The notes below the pieces were generated by a model that was given only the letters and a program-made list of their open reading frames with translations, made no database searches and was not told the origin of the DNA. A stretch of DNA of 24,181 bases from Armatimonadota bacterium (lineage in GTDB: Bacteria; Armatimonadota; UBA5829; DTLH01): assembly GCA_038207085.1 (NCBI GenBank), contig JBBRAE010000037.1, positions 1-24,181 of the forward strand, in the 5' to 3' direction. Positions 17,325 to 24,181 of this stretch are shown piece by piece. The position numbers and the translations under genes were made by a program. Every line of letters begins with the position of its first letter. The first letter of the stretch is position 1.

Positions 17325-17359
17325 CCCGCTTTATTCGCTTCACGAATAAAGCCGACTAA
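17321..17359 (-). mobile_element. Miniature palindromic element, copy 3 (single hairpin A, 31 bp) flanked by CTAA..CTAA
   Basis: CTAA-CCC-GCTTTATTCG(CTTCA)CGAATAAAGC-CGA-CTAA. The left CTAA contains the uvsE stop codon. Confidence 0.75.
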
Positions 17360-17361
17360 TA

Positions 17362-17436
17362 TGGAGTGCGCCGTCTCGACGGCGCTTTATCTTCGGGCGA
17401 CAGAAAAACAAAGCGGCATCTTGATGCCACACTCCA
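17362..17436. repeat. REPIN-like doublet: two GGAG-initiated REP-like palindromes in inverted orientation
   Basis: TGGAGTGCGCCGTCTCGACGGCGCTTT ... AAAGCGGCATCTTGATGCCACACTCCA. The reverse complement of the second unit is TGGAGTGTGGCATCAAGATGCCGCTTT. Confidence 0.6.
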
Positions 17437-17444
17437 AAATCCAC

Positions 17445-17473
17445 TTGCATTTCTCTAGTATTCGTGGTATTCT
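17445..17473 (+). promoter_or_regulatory. Sigma70 promoter of the archease-lexA operon
   Basis: TTGCAT-17 bp-TATTCT with an extended -10 TG, 11 nt before ATG 17485. Confidence 0.7.
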
Positions 17474-17484
17474 CTGAAGTAGAG

Positions 17485-17907
17485 ATGACCGAACGGACGT
17501 TCCAAATACTTGAACATACTGCGGACAAAGGTGTTGCCGGACAGGGCGAGACCATGGCTGAGGCGTTTGAAAATACCGCCTATGGCATGTTCAGCCTGTT
17601 CGTCGATCCAGGCGCCTACCAGGCGACTGCCCACCGGCAGATGACGGTCGAGGCCGACGACGCGGAGCAACTACTCTGGTCGTGGCTTTCGGATCTGATG
17701 TTCATGTTCGAAGTCGACCGACAGATGCCCGTCGACTTCCACGTTACTGAAATCAGCGACACAAAGCTCGTCGCCGACCTCGCCGTCCGCCCTGTTGCCC
17801 AGGACATAGAGTGGCTGGGCTCAGGGGTCAAAGCGGTCACCTTTCACCAGCTCAAAGTCGAAGAGCTCGACGGAGTCTGGAAAACTCAAGTTTACGTAGA
17901 CGTTTAA
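17485..17907 (+). CDS. Archease (RtcB activator family)
   Basis: EHTAD N-terminal motif, AFENTAYGMF, LLWSWLSDL, VKAVTFH, and C-terminal VYVDV. Confidence 0.92.
   Translation: MTERTFQILEHTADKGVAGQGETMAEAFENTAYGMFSLFVDPGAYQATAHRQMTVEADDAEQLLWSWLSDLMFMFEVDRQMPVDFHVTEISDTKLVADLAVRPVAQDIEWLGSGVKAVTFHQLKVEELDGVWKTQVYVDV
17490..17503. promoter_or_regulatory. LexA (Cheo/SOS) box inside archease codons 2-7
   Basis: CGAAC-GGAC-GTTCC matches the Bacillus consensus CGAACRNRYGTTYC at every position. Confidence 0.65.
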
Positions 17908-17908
17908 T

Positions 17909-17976
17909 AAGGGGTTAGAGGTTAGGGGTTAGGGGTTGGTTTTTCCAGCCCCCATCCCCCAACCCCATCCCCCAAT
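17909..17976. repeat. Short tandem heptamer repeats: G-rich (GGGTTAG)n-like array followed by a C-rich inverted array
   Basis: GGGGTTAGAGGTTAGGGGTTAGGGGTTGG-TTTTT-CCAGCCCCCATCCCCCAACCCCATCCCCCAA. Confidence 0.8.
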
Positions 17977-17979
17977 GGG

Positions 17980-18606
17980 GTGAAACAATTGGAAAAGGAA
18001 CTATCTCCAAGACAGCGGCAGATACTCGACTACATCCTTCAGCACATCGAGATGCACGGGTATCCCCCGACGGTGCGCGAGATCGGTGAGGCGGTGAACC
18101 TTTCATCGAGCTCGACCGTGCACGCCCACCTGAAGAACCTTGAGGAGGCTGGCCTGATCAAACGCGACGCCGTCCTGACCCGGGCGATCAAGATCACCGC
18201 CGGAGTCTCCGACCTGTACAAGCCAAAGAAGATCGTCAGCCTGCCCGTCGTCGGCAGGGTCGCCGCGGGCCGCCCGATGCTTGCGATCGAGGACATCGAA
18301 GAGACGTTCCCGATACCTCACGACTTCTTATCCGGCGCCGACGGATTTATGCTGCGCGTCAAGGGTGAGAGTATGGTCGAGGACGGCATCCACGACGGAG
18401 ATTACGTCGTAGTCCGCCGTCAGCAGAGCGCCGACAACGGCGAAACGGTCGTCGCGATGGTCGAGGGTGAAGCCACCGTCAAACGAATATTTCTTGAGAA
18501 CAACCAAGTTCGCCTCCAGCCCGCAAACTCCGAGATGCAGCCCATGTACTTCCCTTCCGTTGAGATTGTTGGTAAAGTAGTAGGGCTGATAAGAAGAATG
18601 AGCTAG
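17980..18606 (+). CDS. lexA: SOS repressor LexA
   Basis: GYPPTVREIGEAVNLSSSSTVHAHL winged HTH, VAAG cleavage site, VKGESM (Ser) and ATVKR (Lys). The start may instead be TTG 17989. Confidence 0.96.
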   Translation: MKQLEKELSPRQRQILDYILQHIEMHGYPPTVREIGEAVNLSSSSTVHAHLKNLEEAGLIKRDAVLTRAIKITAGVSDLYKPKKIVSLPVVGRVAAGRPMLAIEDIEETFPIPHDFLSGADGFMLRVKGESMVEDGIHDGDYVVVRRQQSADNGETVVAMVEGEATVKRIFLENNQVRLQPANSEMQPMYFPSVEIVGKVVGLIRRMS

Positions 18607-18659
18607 CTGGGCAGGCCTCTGGCCCGTCCCCAATGTCGTATGGAGGAAACCTTACACAG

Positions 18660-19106
18660 ATGCCGAGAGTTGAGAGTTCCATAGTGATAAACGGCCCGAT
18701 CGAGCGGGTCTACGAGTGCGCGAAAGACGTCGAGCGCTTCCCGGAGTTTATGCAGGACGTAAAAGACGTTAAGATCATCGAGCGCGACGGTTCGCGTGTC
18801 ATAAGCGAGTGGTCCGCCTACATCCCCGACTTTATGATGACCGTCAAGTGGACTGAAGAGGACCTCTGGGACGATGTTGCCAGGAAGTGCGACTTCTCGC
18901 TCATCAAAGGCGACTACGCCGCCTACTCAGGCAACTGGACCTTTACCACGGTCGACGGGACAACGCGCTTTGACTCGGTAGTCGACTACGAGTACGATGT
19001 CCCGCTGATCGGCGCGCTCATCAAAGGGCTCGTCTTCAAGAAAGTCCAGGAAAACGTCGAGCAGATTCTGCAATCGGTCAAGGCCAAGGTCGAAAGCGGC
19101 GCATAA
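18660..19106 (+). CDS. SRPBCC/polyketide cyclase-like (START-fold) protein
   Basis: ATG 18660 after GGAGG; VESSIVINGPIERVY..DVERFPEFM..V; GDYAAYSGNWTF. Confidence 0.88.
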   Translation: MPRVESSIVINGPIERVYECAKDVERFPEFMQDVKDVKIIERDGSRVISEWSAYIPDFMMTVKWTEEDLWDDVARKCDFSLIKGDYAAYSGNWTFTTVDGTTRFDSVVDYEYDVPLIGALIKGLVFKKVQENVEQILQSVKAKVESGA

Positions 19107-19109
19107 GCC

Positions 19110-20450
19110 ATGAAATACGATGTCGTCATAATCGGGGCCGGCCCGGCTGGCATATTCGCGGCGCTTGAGCTCGCCAAGACAGATGGGCTCAAGGTCGCGG
19201 TGATCGACAAGGGCCCGGACATCGACCGCCGCACCCGCACAAGCTCGCTTCTCTCCGGCTGGGGAGGGGCGGGGGCGTTCTCCGACGGCAAGCTCACGCT
19301 CTCGACGCACGTCGGCGGCTGGCTCGACCGGCTGATGCCCGAGCACGACCTCCAGGAGCTGATCGAGCAGGTGGACCGCATCTGGATCGACTTCGGGGCT
19401 CCCGAGCGCACCTACGGCACTGATCATGACGACATTGTAGAGATCCAGCGAAGAGCGGCGCTGGCCGAAATGCGCCTTGTCCCCTCCGAGATTCGCCACA
19501 TGGGAACCGAGGTATGCCCGGAGATTTTGACGGGCATGCGCGATGCGCTTCGTGACCGGGTAGATATCATGACCGACTCGGCTGTCGCCCGGATCATCAC
19601 CGAGAACTCGCATGTGACAGGCGTTGAGCTCCTCGACGGGCGGGTGATCGAGACCGACTACCTGATTGTCGCTCCCGGGCGCGAAGGGTCCAACTGGCTT
19701 GTCTCCGAGGCCAAGCGTCTCGGGCTCAAGATGATCACCAACCCCGTAGACATCGGCGTGCGGGTAGAGATCCCCGCGGCTGTGATGTCCGACATCACCG
19801 ACATAGTCTACGAGCCCAAACTTATCTACTACACCCGGGGCTTTGACGACCAGGTCAGAAGCTTCTGCGTCTGCCCGATGGGGGAGGTGGCGATGGAGGA
19901 AAGCGACGGCGTCCGCACCGTAAACGGCCACTCCTACGCCCACAAAAAGACTGAGAACACCAACTTTGCGCTCCTTGTCTCAACCCAGTTCACCGAGCCG
20001 TTTCGTGAGCCGATCACCTACGGCCGATACATCGCGACACTTTCCAACCTGCTCTCGGACGGCGTCATCGTGCAGCGCCTCGGCGACCTGCATGCGGGGC
20101 GGCGCTCGACTGAAGCCAGGATCGCGCGCGGGCTTGTGAAACCTACCCTTGAGAGCGCCGTCCCCGGCGACCTCTCATTCGTGCTTCCCTACAGGTATCT
20201 TTCGGCGATACTTGAGATGCTGCGTGCGATGGACAAGCTTGCCCCGGGCGTAGGGTCGCGCCACACGCTGCTCTATGGGGTCGAGGTGAAGTTCTACTCC
20301 TCGCGCCTCGTGCTCTCCCCCCTGCTTGAGAGCGGGGTGCACAACCTCTTTACCTGCGGCGACGGAGCGGGCGTGACCCGAGGCATCGTGCAGGCATCGG
20401 CTTCGGGGATGATCGCGGCGCGCGAGATCCTGCGCCGAGTCGCCGGTTAG
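19110..20450 (+). CDS. FAD-dependent oxidoreductase (COG2509-like)
   Basis: YDVVIIGAGPAGIFAA, GWGGAGAFSDGKL, DIGVRVE, RSFCVCP, VNGHS, LYGVEVKFYS, GDGAGVTRG. Confidence 0.9.
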   Translation: MKYDVVIIGAGPAGIFAALELAKTDGLKVAVIDKGPDIDRRTRTSSLLSGWGGAGAFSDGKLTLSTHVGGWLDRLMPEHDLQELIEQVDRIWIDFGAPERTYGTDHDDIVEIQRRAALAEMRLVPSEIRHMGTEVCPEILTGMRDALRDRVDIMTDSAVARIITENSHVTGVELLDGRVIETDYLIVAPGREGSNWLVSEAKRLGLKMITNPVDIGVRVEIPAAVMSDITDIVYEPKLIYYTRGFDDQVRSFCVCPMGEVAMEESDGVRTVNGHSYAHKKTENTNFALLVSTQFTEPFREPITYGRYIATLSNLLSDGVIVQRLGDLHAGRRSTEARIARGLVKPTLESAVPGDLSFVLPYRYLSAILEMLRAMDKLAPGVGSRHTLLYGVEVKFYSSRLVLSPLLESGVHNLFTCGDGAGVTRGIVQASASGMIAAREILRRVAG

Positions 20451-20527
20451 CCCGCTTTATTCGTGAAGCGAATAAAGCTTTCGCTAACAGAGCATTATTC
20501 ACGTCACTCGTGAATAATGCCGGTTAG
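20447..20527 (+). mobile_element. Miniature palindromic element, copy 4 (73 bp, 20451-20523) with TTAG target duplication
   Basis: Same length and architecture as 2648-2720. TTAG at 20447-20450 (contains the gene's stop codon) and at 20524-20527. Confidence 0.85.
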
Positions 20528-20639
20528 CACTTCTTCTGACATATTGCCCTCCCAAACTCTCCAGCAATCTCACTTGCTTGCCGACAATTGGGGTATGATA
20601 TAGCATACGGCGCAATGCGCCAGGCGGGAGTTCGGCACC

Positions 20640-21011
20640 ATGCGCTGCAGGGTTATGAATGAGAGCCTTATACTTATAGGCATCGGCCTGCTCGATCTCT
20701 TGATCACTCTCGTGATGCTCGGTGGGCAGGTGGCCCGCGAGGGGAACCCCATTATGGCCTATTGGCTGAGGTTTGGGGTGGGGGCCTTTGTTGCGGCCAA
20801 GCTTGCGACGCTCATCTTTCCCATCGTGGTCGCCGAGTGGGCCAAGTGGCAGTCGCCGCAGTTCACCCGCAATATGATGCGGGCGGCGATTGTGGTGTAT
20901 GTCGGAGCTTATCTGCTGCTGTTTTGGGCCGTGAACATCGTCCCAAGGCTCACCGGACAGGTGGCAGTCGTGCAGAGCGATGGCGTGCGGGTCGCTGAGC
21001 AGTTCAGATAA
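20640..21011 (+). CDS. Small membrane protein, DUF5658-like
   Basis: LDLLIT..AREGNPIM..F...K pattern and three hydrophobic helices; alternative start at 20655. Confidence 0.7.
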   Translation: MRCRVMNESLILIGIGLLDLLITLVMLGGQVAREGNPIMAYWLRFGVGAFVAAKLATLIFPIVVAEWAKWQSPQFTRNMMRAAIVVYVGAYLLLFWAVNIVPRLTGQVAVVQSDGVRVAEQFR

Positions 21012-21139
21012 CGAGATTTTACAGTTTTCAAGCGGCTCTACAGTATGGGGGCCGGATGAACCGAAAAAGACGCGGAAAATCCGGCTTCCTGTTTTTCAGC
21101 TTGAGAGGGCTGTTTACCAAATGCCGCTAAGTGGTCGAG

Positions 21140-21367
21140 TCAGCATTGGGCTCGGACTTCAATGCAGTCCTCGACGTTTCTTACCCCGAGTAAGCCCTGA
21201 GCCAAGTCGAGCGCGAGCTGTTTGTGCTCATCTGTGTCGACGAGGCCTGTGATCTGGATATACCCCTCACTCGCCGTGACGGTTATCGACTGGCCGGAGA
21301 GCCTTTGGTCCTTCATCAGGTGCTCCCTTACAGATTCAAGCAGTGCCCGGTCCTTGTGCGCATCCAA
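21140..21367 (-). CDS. Single BON-domain protein
   Basis: DRALLESVREHL..DQRL....ITVTASEGYIQITGLVDTDEHKQLALDLAQGLLGVRNVEDCIEV. TTG start chosen after AGGAG; the start is uncertain. Confidence 0.8.
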   Translation of the reverse strand: MDAHKDRALLESVREHLMKDQRLSGQSITVTASEGYIQITGLVDTDEHKQLALDLAQGLLGVRNVEDCIEVRAQC

Positions 21368-21392
21368 ATTATTATCATCTCCTGTGTATAGC

Positions 21393-21986
21393 TTACCCAG
21401 TTGGCGGAGGTGGGGATGCGTGGTTGGTTGAGAACTCGAATGGGAATCGCATGGAGGATAGTCGGAAAGCTTGATATCTATGCCCCTGAGCCTTCGAGCC
21501 TCCCTCGGGCACACCCGCGAGATCCTGGGGGAGGGTCATTTGCATCTTGTCGCTGGTCCACCTCGGCGGGACCATGTCGTATCGCCCGCTCTGGTTCAAG
21601 TGATGGGTCACATGCCCAACGCTTCGCGAGAAGAAGTCGGTATGGTTATCAAATGGCAATTTGTCGTCCTGGTACTGATCATAAAGCTCCAGTCGCAGGT
21701 CGGGGTTTTTGCGAAAGTCGAAATCAAAAAGCTCAAGCACGGTGCCATCGGAGGACGCCTCATCGATCCACCGAGTCACCCCGGGATGTGGATGATCGAC
21801 CCTCGCCTCAGGCCATGGCCAGTAAGCCATCTCGGCAGGCGCATCGGCTCGAACCCTCAAGTGAACCGGCAGAGGGCCGACGCGGTGGCGAACGACGAGC
21901 ACCAGGCTTACGAGCAAGACAATCAGTAAGGTAAGGGCTCGTCTCGATCTGGCGCTGTTGTGAATTGGATTCGGCTCCCAGCTCAT
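21393..21986 (-). CDS. Hypothetical membrane-anchored protein, possibly truncated or internally deleted
   Basis: N-terminal TM (ALTLLIVLLVSLVLVV) and a protein-like central region. The upstream ORF extension to 22082 lies in a terminator, so ATG 21986 is preferred. The C-terminal ~35 aa look like read-through. Confidence 0.5.
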   Translation of the reverse strand: MSWEPNPIHNSARSRRALTLLIVLLVSLVLVVRHRVGPLPVHLRVRADAPAEMAYWPWPEARVDHPHPGVTRWIDEASSDGTVLELFDFDFRKNPDLRLELYDQYQDDKLPFDNHTDFFSRSVGHVTHHLNQSGRYDMVPPRWTSDKMQMTLPQDLAGVPEGGSKAQGHRYQAFRLSSMRFPFEFSTNHASPPPPTG

Positions 21987-22057
21987 ACATTGCAGACGGG
22001 CGTACTGCTCGATATGTTCCCGTCCCAGCATTAGCCGCTTGTTCTGGGGTGTCCTGT

Positions 22058-22098
22058 AAAAAAAGGCCGGTCGGAACTCCATTGTTCCGACCGGCCTT
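22058..22098 (-). terminator. Rho-independent terminator after gdhA
   Basis: 15-bp stem AAGGCCGGTCGGAAC/GTTCCGACCGGCCTT with a T7 tract on the minus strand. Confidence 0.9.
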
Positions 22099-22123
22099 CA
22101 CTAACTATGCTGCTGGCTTTTGG

Positions 22124-23392
22124 TTACACCCAGCCCCTGGCTCTCATCGCGTCTGCGACGCGCTTGATGGCCACCATATAGGCAGCGGTGCGCATATCGA
22201 TCTTCTCCCTAACGGAGACTTCGAGGACGTCTGCGAACGCCTTGGTCATCTTCTTGTCGAGCTTGGCCTGCACGTCTTCCTCATCCCAGTAGTAGGCCAT
22301 CACGTTCTGGACCCACTCGAAGTAGCTGACGGTCACGCCGCCTGCGTTGCAGAGGAAGTCGGGGATGACGAATATCCCCTTCTGGTAGAGCACCTCGTCG
22401 GCTGCGGGGGTGGTCGGTCCGTTTGCGAGCTCGGCGATGATCCGCGCGCGGATTCGTGCGACGTTCTCGTCGGTGATGACCTCTTCAAGCGCGGACGGTG
22501 CAAGCACGTCTACGGAAAGCTCCAAAAGCTCCTCATTGCTGATCGATCGCGTGCCGGGGAACCCAACGACGCTTCCGGTCTCCATCTTGTGCTCGATCAT
22601 CGCTTTGGGGTCGATTCCCGCTTCGCAGTAGACTCCGCCTCTGGTGTCGCTGACCGCCACGATGCGGCAGCCCAGAAGCTGGCTGAAGAGCAGTGCGGCA
22701 TACTGACCCGCGTTGCCGAAGCCCTGGATCGCAGCCGTCGCCTTTGACAGGTCGATCCCAAGATGCCTCGCAGCCTCACGAACAGTGTACGCGCCGCCGC
22801 GGGCGGTCGCGTCGCCTCTACCCTCAGAGCCGCCGATGGAGAGTGGTTTGCCGGTGATAACGCCCGGGGAGTAGCAGCCGCTCAGCTTGGAGTATTCGTC
22901 CATCATCCATCCCATGATCTGCGGGGTGGTGTAGACGTCGGGGGCGGGGATGTCTTTATCGGGGCCAATCGCCCGTCCGACCGCGTTGATATAGGAGCGG
23001 CTGAGCCTCTCAAGCTCGCCGAGCGACATCTGCTTCGGGTTGCAGATCACTCCACCTTTGCCGCCGCCGAGTGGGATATCCACCACGGCGCACTTCCAGG
23101 TCATCCACGCTGCAAGCGCGCGGACGGTGTTGATCGTCTCATCGGGATGGAACCTGATTCCACCCTTGTTGGGTCCGCGTGCGTCGTTGTACTGGACCCT
23201 GAAGCCCTTGAATACTTCGACGGAGCCGTCATCCATTCGAATCGGGAGCGATACGTGGAACTCTCTCATCGGCTCACGCAGGATCGCGTGAACTGCTGGG
23301 TCGAGCCCAAGCTTCGCAGCCGCTTTGTCGAGCTGAGCCTGTGAGATCTCGAAGGCGTTAGCCTTGGTCTCGATGGCCGTGCTGATTGCCAT
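22124..23392 (-). CDS. gdhA: Glutamate dehydrogenase (Glu/Leu/Phe/Val family)
   Basis: [73 protein letters not shown] 23392 after GGAGG. Confidence 0.95.
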   Translation of the reverse strand: MAISTAIETKANAFEISQAQLDKAAAKLGLDPAVHAILREPMREFHVSLPIRMDDGSVEVFKGFRVQYNDARGPNKGGIRFHPDETINTVRALAAWMTWKCAVVDIPLGGGKGGVICNPKQMSLGELERLSRSYINAVGRAIGPDKDIPAPDVYTTPQIMGWMMDEYSKLSGCYSPGVITGKPLSIGGSEGRGDATARGGAYTVREAARHLGIDLSKATAAIQGFGNAGQYAALLFSQLLGCRIVAVSDTRGGVYCEAGIDPKAMIEHKMETGSVVGFPGTRSISNEELLELSVDVLAPSALEEVITDENVARIRARIIAELANGPTTPAADEVLYQKGIFVIPDFLCNAGGVTVSYFEWVQNVMAYYWDEEDVQAKLDKKMTKAFADVLEVSVREKIDMRTAAYMVAIKRVADAMRARGWV

Positions 23393-23399
23393 TTCCTCA

Positions 23400-23595
23400 T
23401 CCTCCAATTTTGGATTTTGTTGGTGCGGGCAGGCTGTGGCCGTACGAGACGAGACTTCATCCCGGTGCGCAACGGAAAGAAGGCGACACTGCCTGTTGCA
23501 ACGCTGCATCCCGCCCGACGGCGCTACGTGCGCCGTCCCAAAAAGACTGGCGTGTAAGCGTCACCGGTAAGTGCAACTTCATTGTTGCGACTGCT
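23400..23595 (-). promoter_or_regulatory. Structured ~200-nt 5' leader of gdhA with hexaloop hairpins
   Basis: Minus-strand hairpins GCAAC-AATGAA-GTTGC, GACGGCGC-ACGTA-GCGCCGTC, TGC-AGCGTT-GCA and AGGC-AGTGTC-GCCT. Confidence 0.5.
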
Positions 23596-23601
23596 ATACG
23601 T

Positions 23602-23630
23602 AATATAGCCGTAACAATTGCCTGTGTCAA
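23602..23630 (-). promoter_or_regulatory. Sigma70 promoter of gdhA
   Basis: Minus strand TTGACA-17 bp-TATATT. Confidence 0.8.
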
Positions 23631-23698
23631 GGGGCCTGTTATTTCCAACAGATTACAGATGAGGTATTGTCCGGGGTGCGACAGATATCCTGCGAAGA

Positions 23699-23726
23699 TT
23701 GACACCACCCAACACACGGGTATATT
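23699..23726 (+). promoter_or_regulatory. Divergent sigma70-like promoter
   Basis: TTGACA-16 bp-TATATT. Confidence 0.45.
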
Positions 23727-23938
23727 ACCCACAAGTTGCCTGGTACAGAACATCCCCCCGTTGTTTCGGGGACCCTGTCCCCGAAACCTAAGCATCGTAG
23801 ATAGTAGCCGCTGCCACCGTGACGCCAACACTTCGACTGAAGACTGTCGTGCCGTGTCGCGTTTCAAAGAAACAAATTGACACACAAGCTTCGGCCCAGC
23901 GTACATAGGGTTGAAGCATCAGAAATGGAGTCTATGAC

Positions 23939-24130
23939 GTGGACGAGACAGGCAAAACAAACTCCGAGGTTGCTGAACTTATGACACGGTTGGAGTCTGA
24001 GCTGATTGGCAAAAGGGTAGTGCAGCTCTGGTTCGGGCATGGAGAGGTGGCCTTTGTGGGCTTTGGGGATACCCGCTCTACCGAAACGAACCACGCAAGC
24101 TTCCCAAAGATGCTTCCCGATTGCATCTGA
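23939..24130 (+). CDS. Short hypothetical protein or gene remnant
   Basis: 63-aa ORF with GGAG upstream and a protein-like stretch (LESELIGKRVVQLWFGHGEVAFVGFG); no recognisable family. Confidence 0.3.
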   Translation: MDETGKTNSEVAELMTRLESELIGKRVVQLWFGHGEVAFVGFGDTRSTETNHASFPKMLPDCI

Positions 24131-24181
24131 GATGGCCGAGATAAGCGAGTCAAATAGCCTGTGAATAATATTTAAGCTAGC

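Noticed and set aside
1156..20527. Palindromic repeats as integron attC sites (TAAC...GTTAG ends near stop codons, TA genes nearby)
   Set aside because: They do not consistently fit RYYYAAC/GTTRRRY, they follow core genes, one sits inside a gene with a target duplication, they occur in both orientations, and there is no integrase.
1156..20527. The same repeats as a CRISPR array
   Set aside because: The copies are kilobases apart, with no regular repeat-spacer periodicity and no cas genes.
21965..23344. Long + strand ORFs (260 aa and 193 aa) opposite gdhA
   Set aside because: Antisense shadow ORFs typical of high-GC, codon-biased genes; gdhA explains the region.
23393..23509. 39-aa N-terminal extension of gdhA
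   Set aside because: A GGAGG RBS precedes ATG 23392, and the extension lies within the structured leader.

Overview
Bacterial chromosomal window, high GC overall and probably Armatimonadota. That assignment is inferred from the ClpC N-terminus and from a lineage-typical C-terminal domain on a Tat-exported reductase. Core genes: a UroD/MtbA-family protein, ilvE-mcsA-mcsB-clpC, two aldo/keto reductases, gyrA, uvsE, archease-lexA-SRPBCC-FAD oxidoreductase, a DUF5658-like protein, a BON protein and gdhA. Between them lie decayed toxin-antitoxin loci, two foreign-looking envelope genes and several short palindromic repeat families. Main observations: (1) A 73-bp two-hairpin miniature element with 4-bp (A/T)TAG target duplications occurs four times. 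One copy interrupts a relE toxin gene, and removing it restores the canonical RelE C-terminus. (2) All three TA loci have lost or broken their toxin. (3) A consensus Gram-positive-type LexA box is embedded in the first codons of an archease gene that heads the lexA operon. (4) McsB lacks the conserved active-site Cys and sits in a ctsR-less operon. (5) A duplicated psuG-like 3' end brackets the uroD-like gene. (6) The gdhA leader contains ANTAR-type hexaloop hairpins. All calls come from reading the sequence by eye; no database searches were run.
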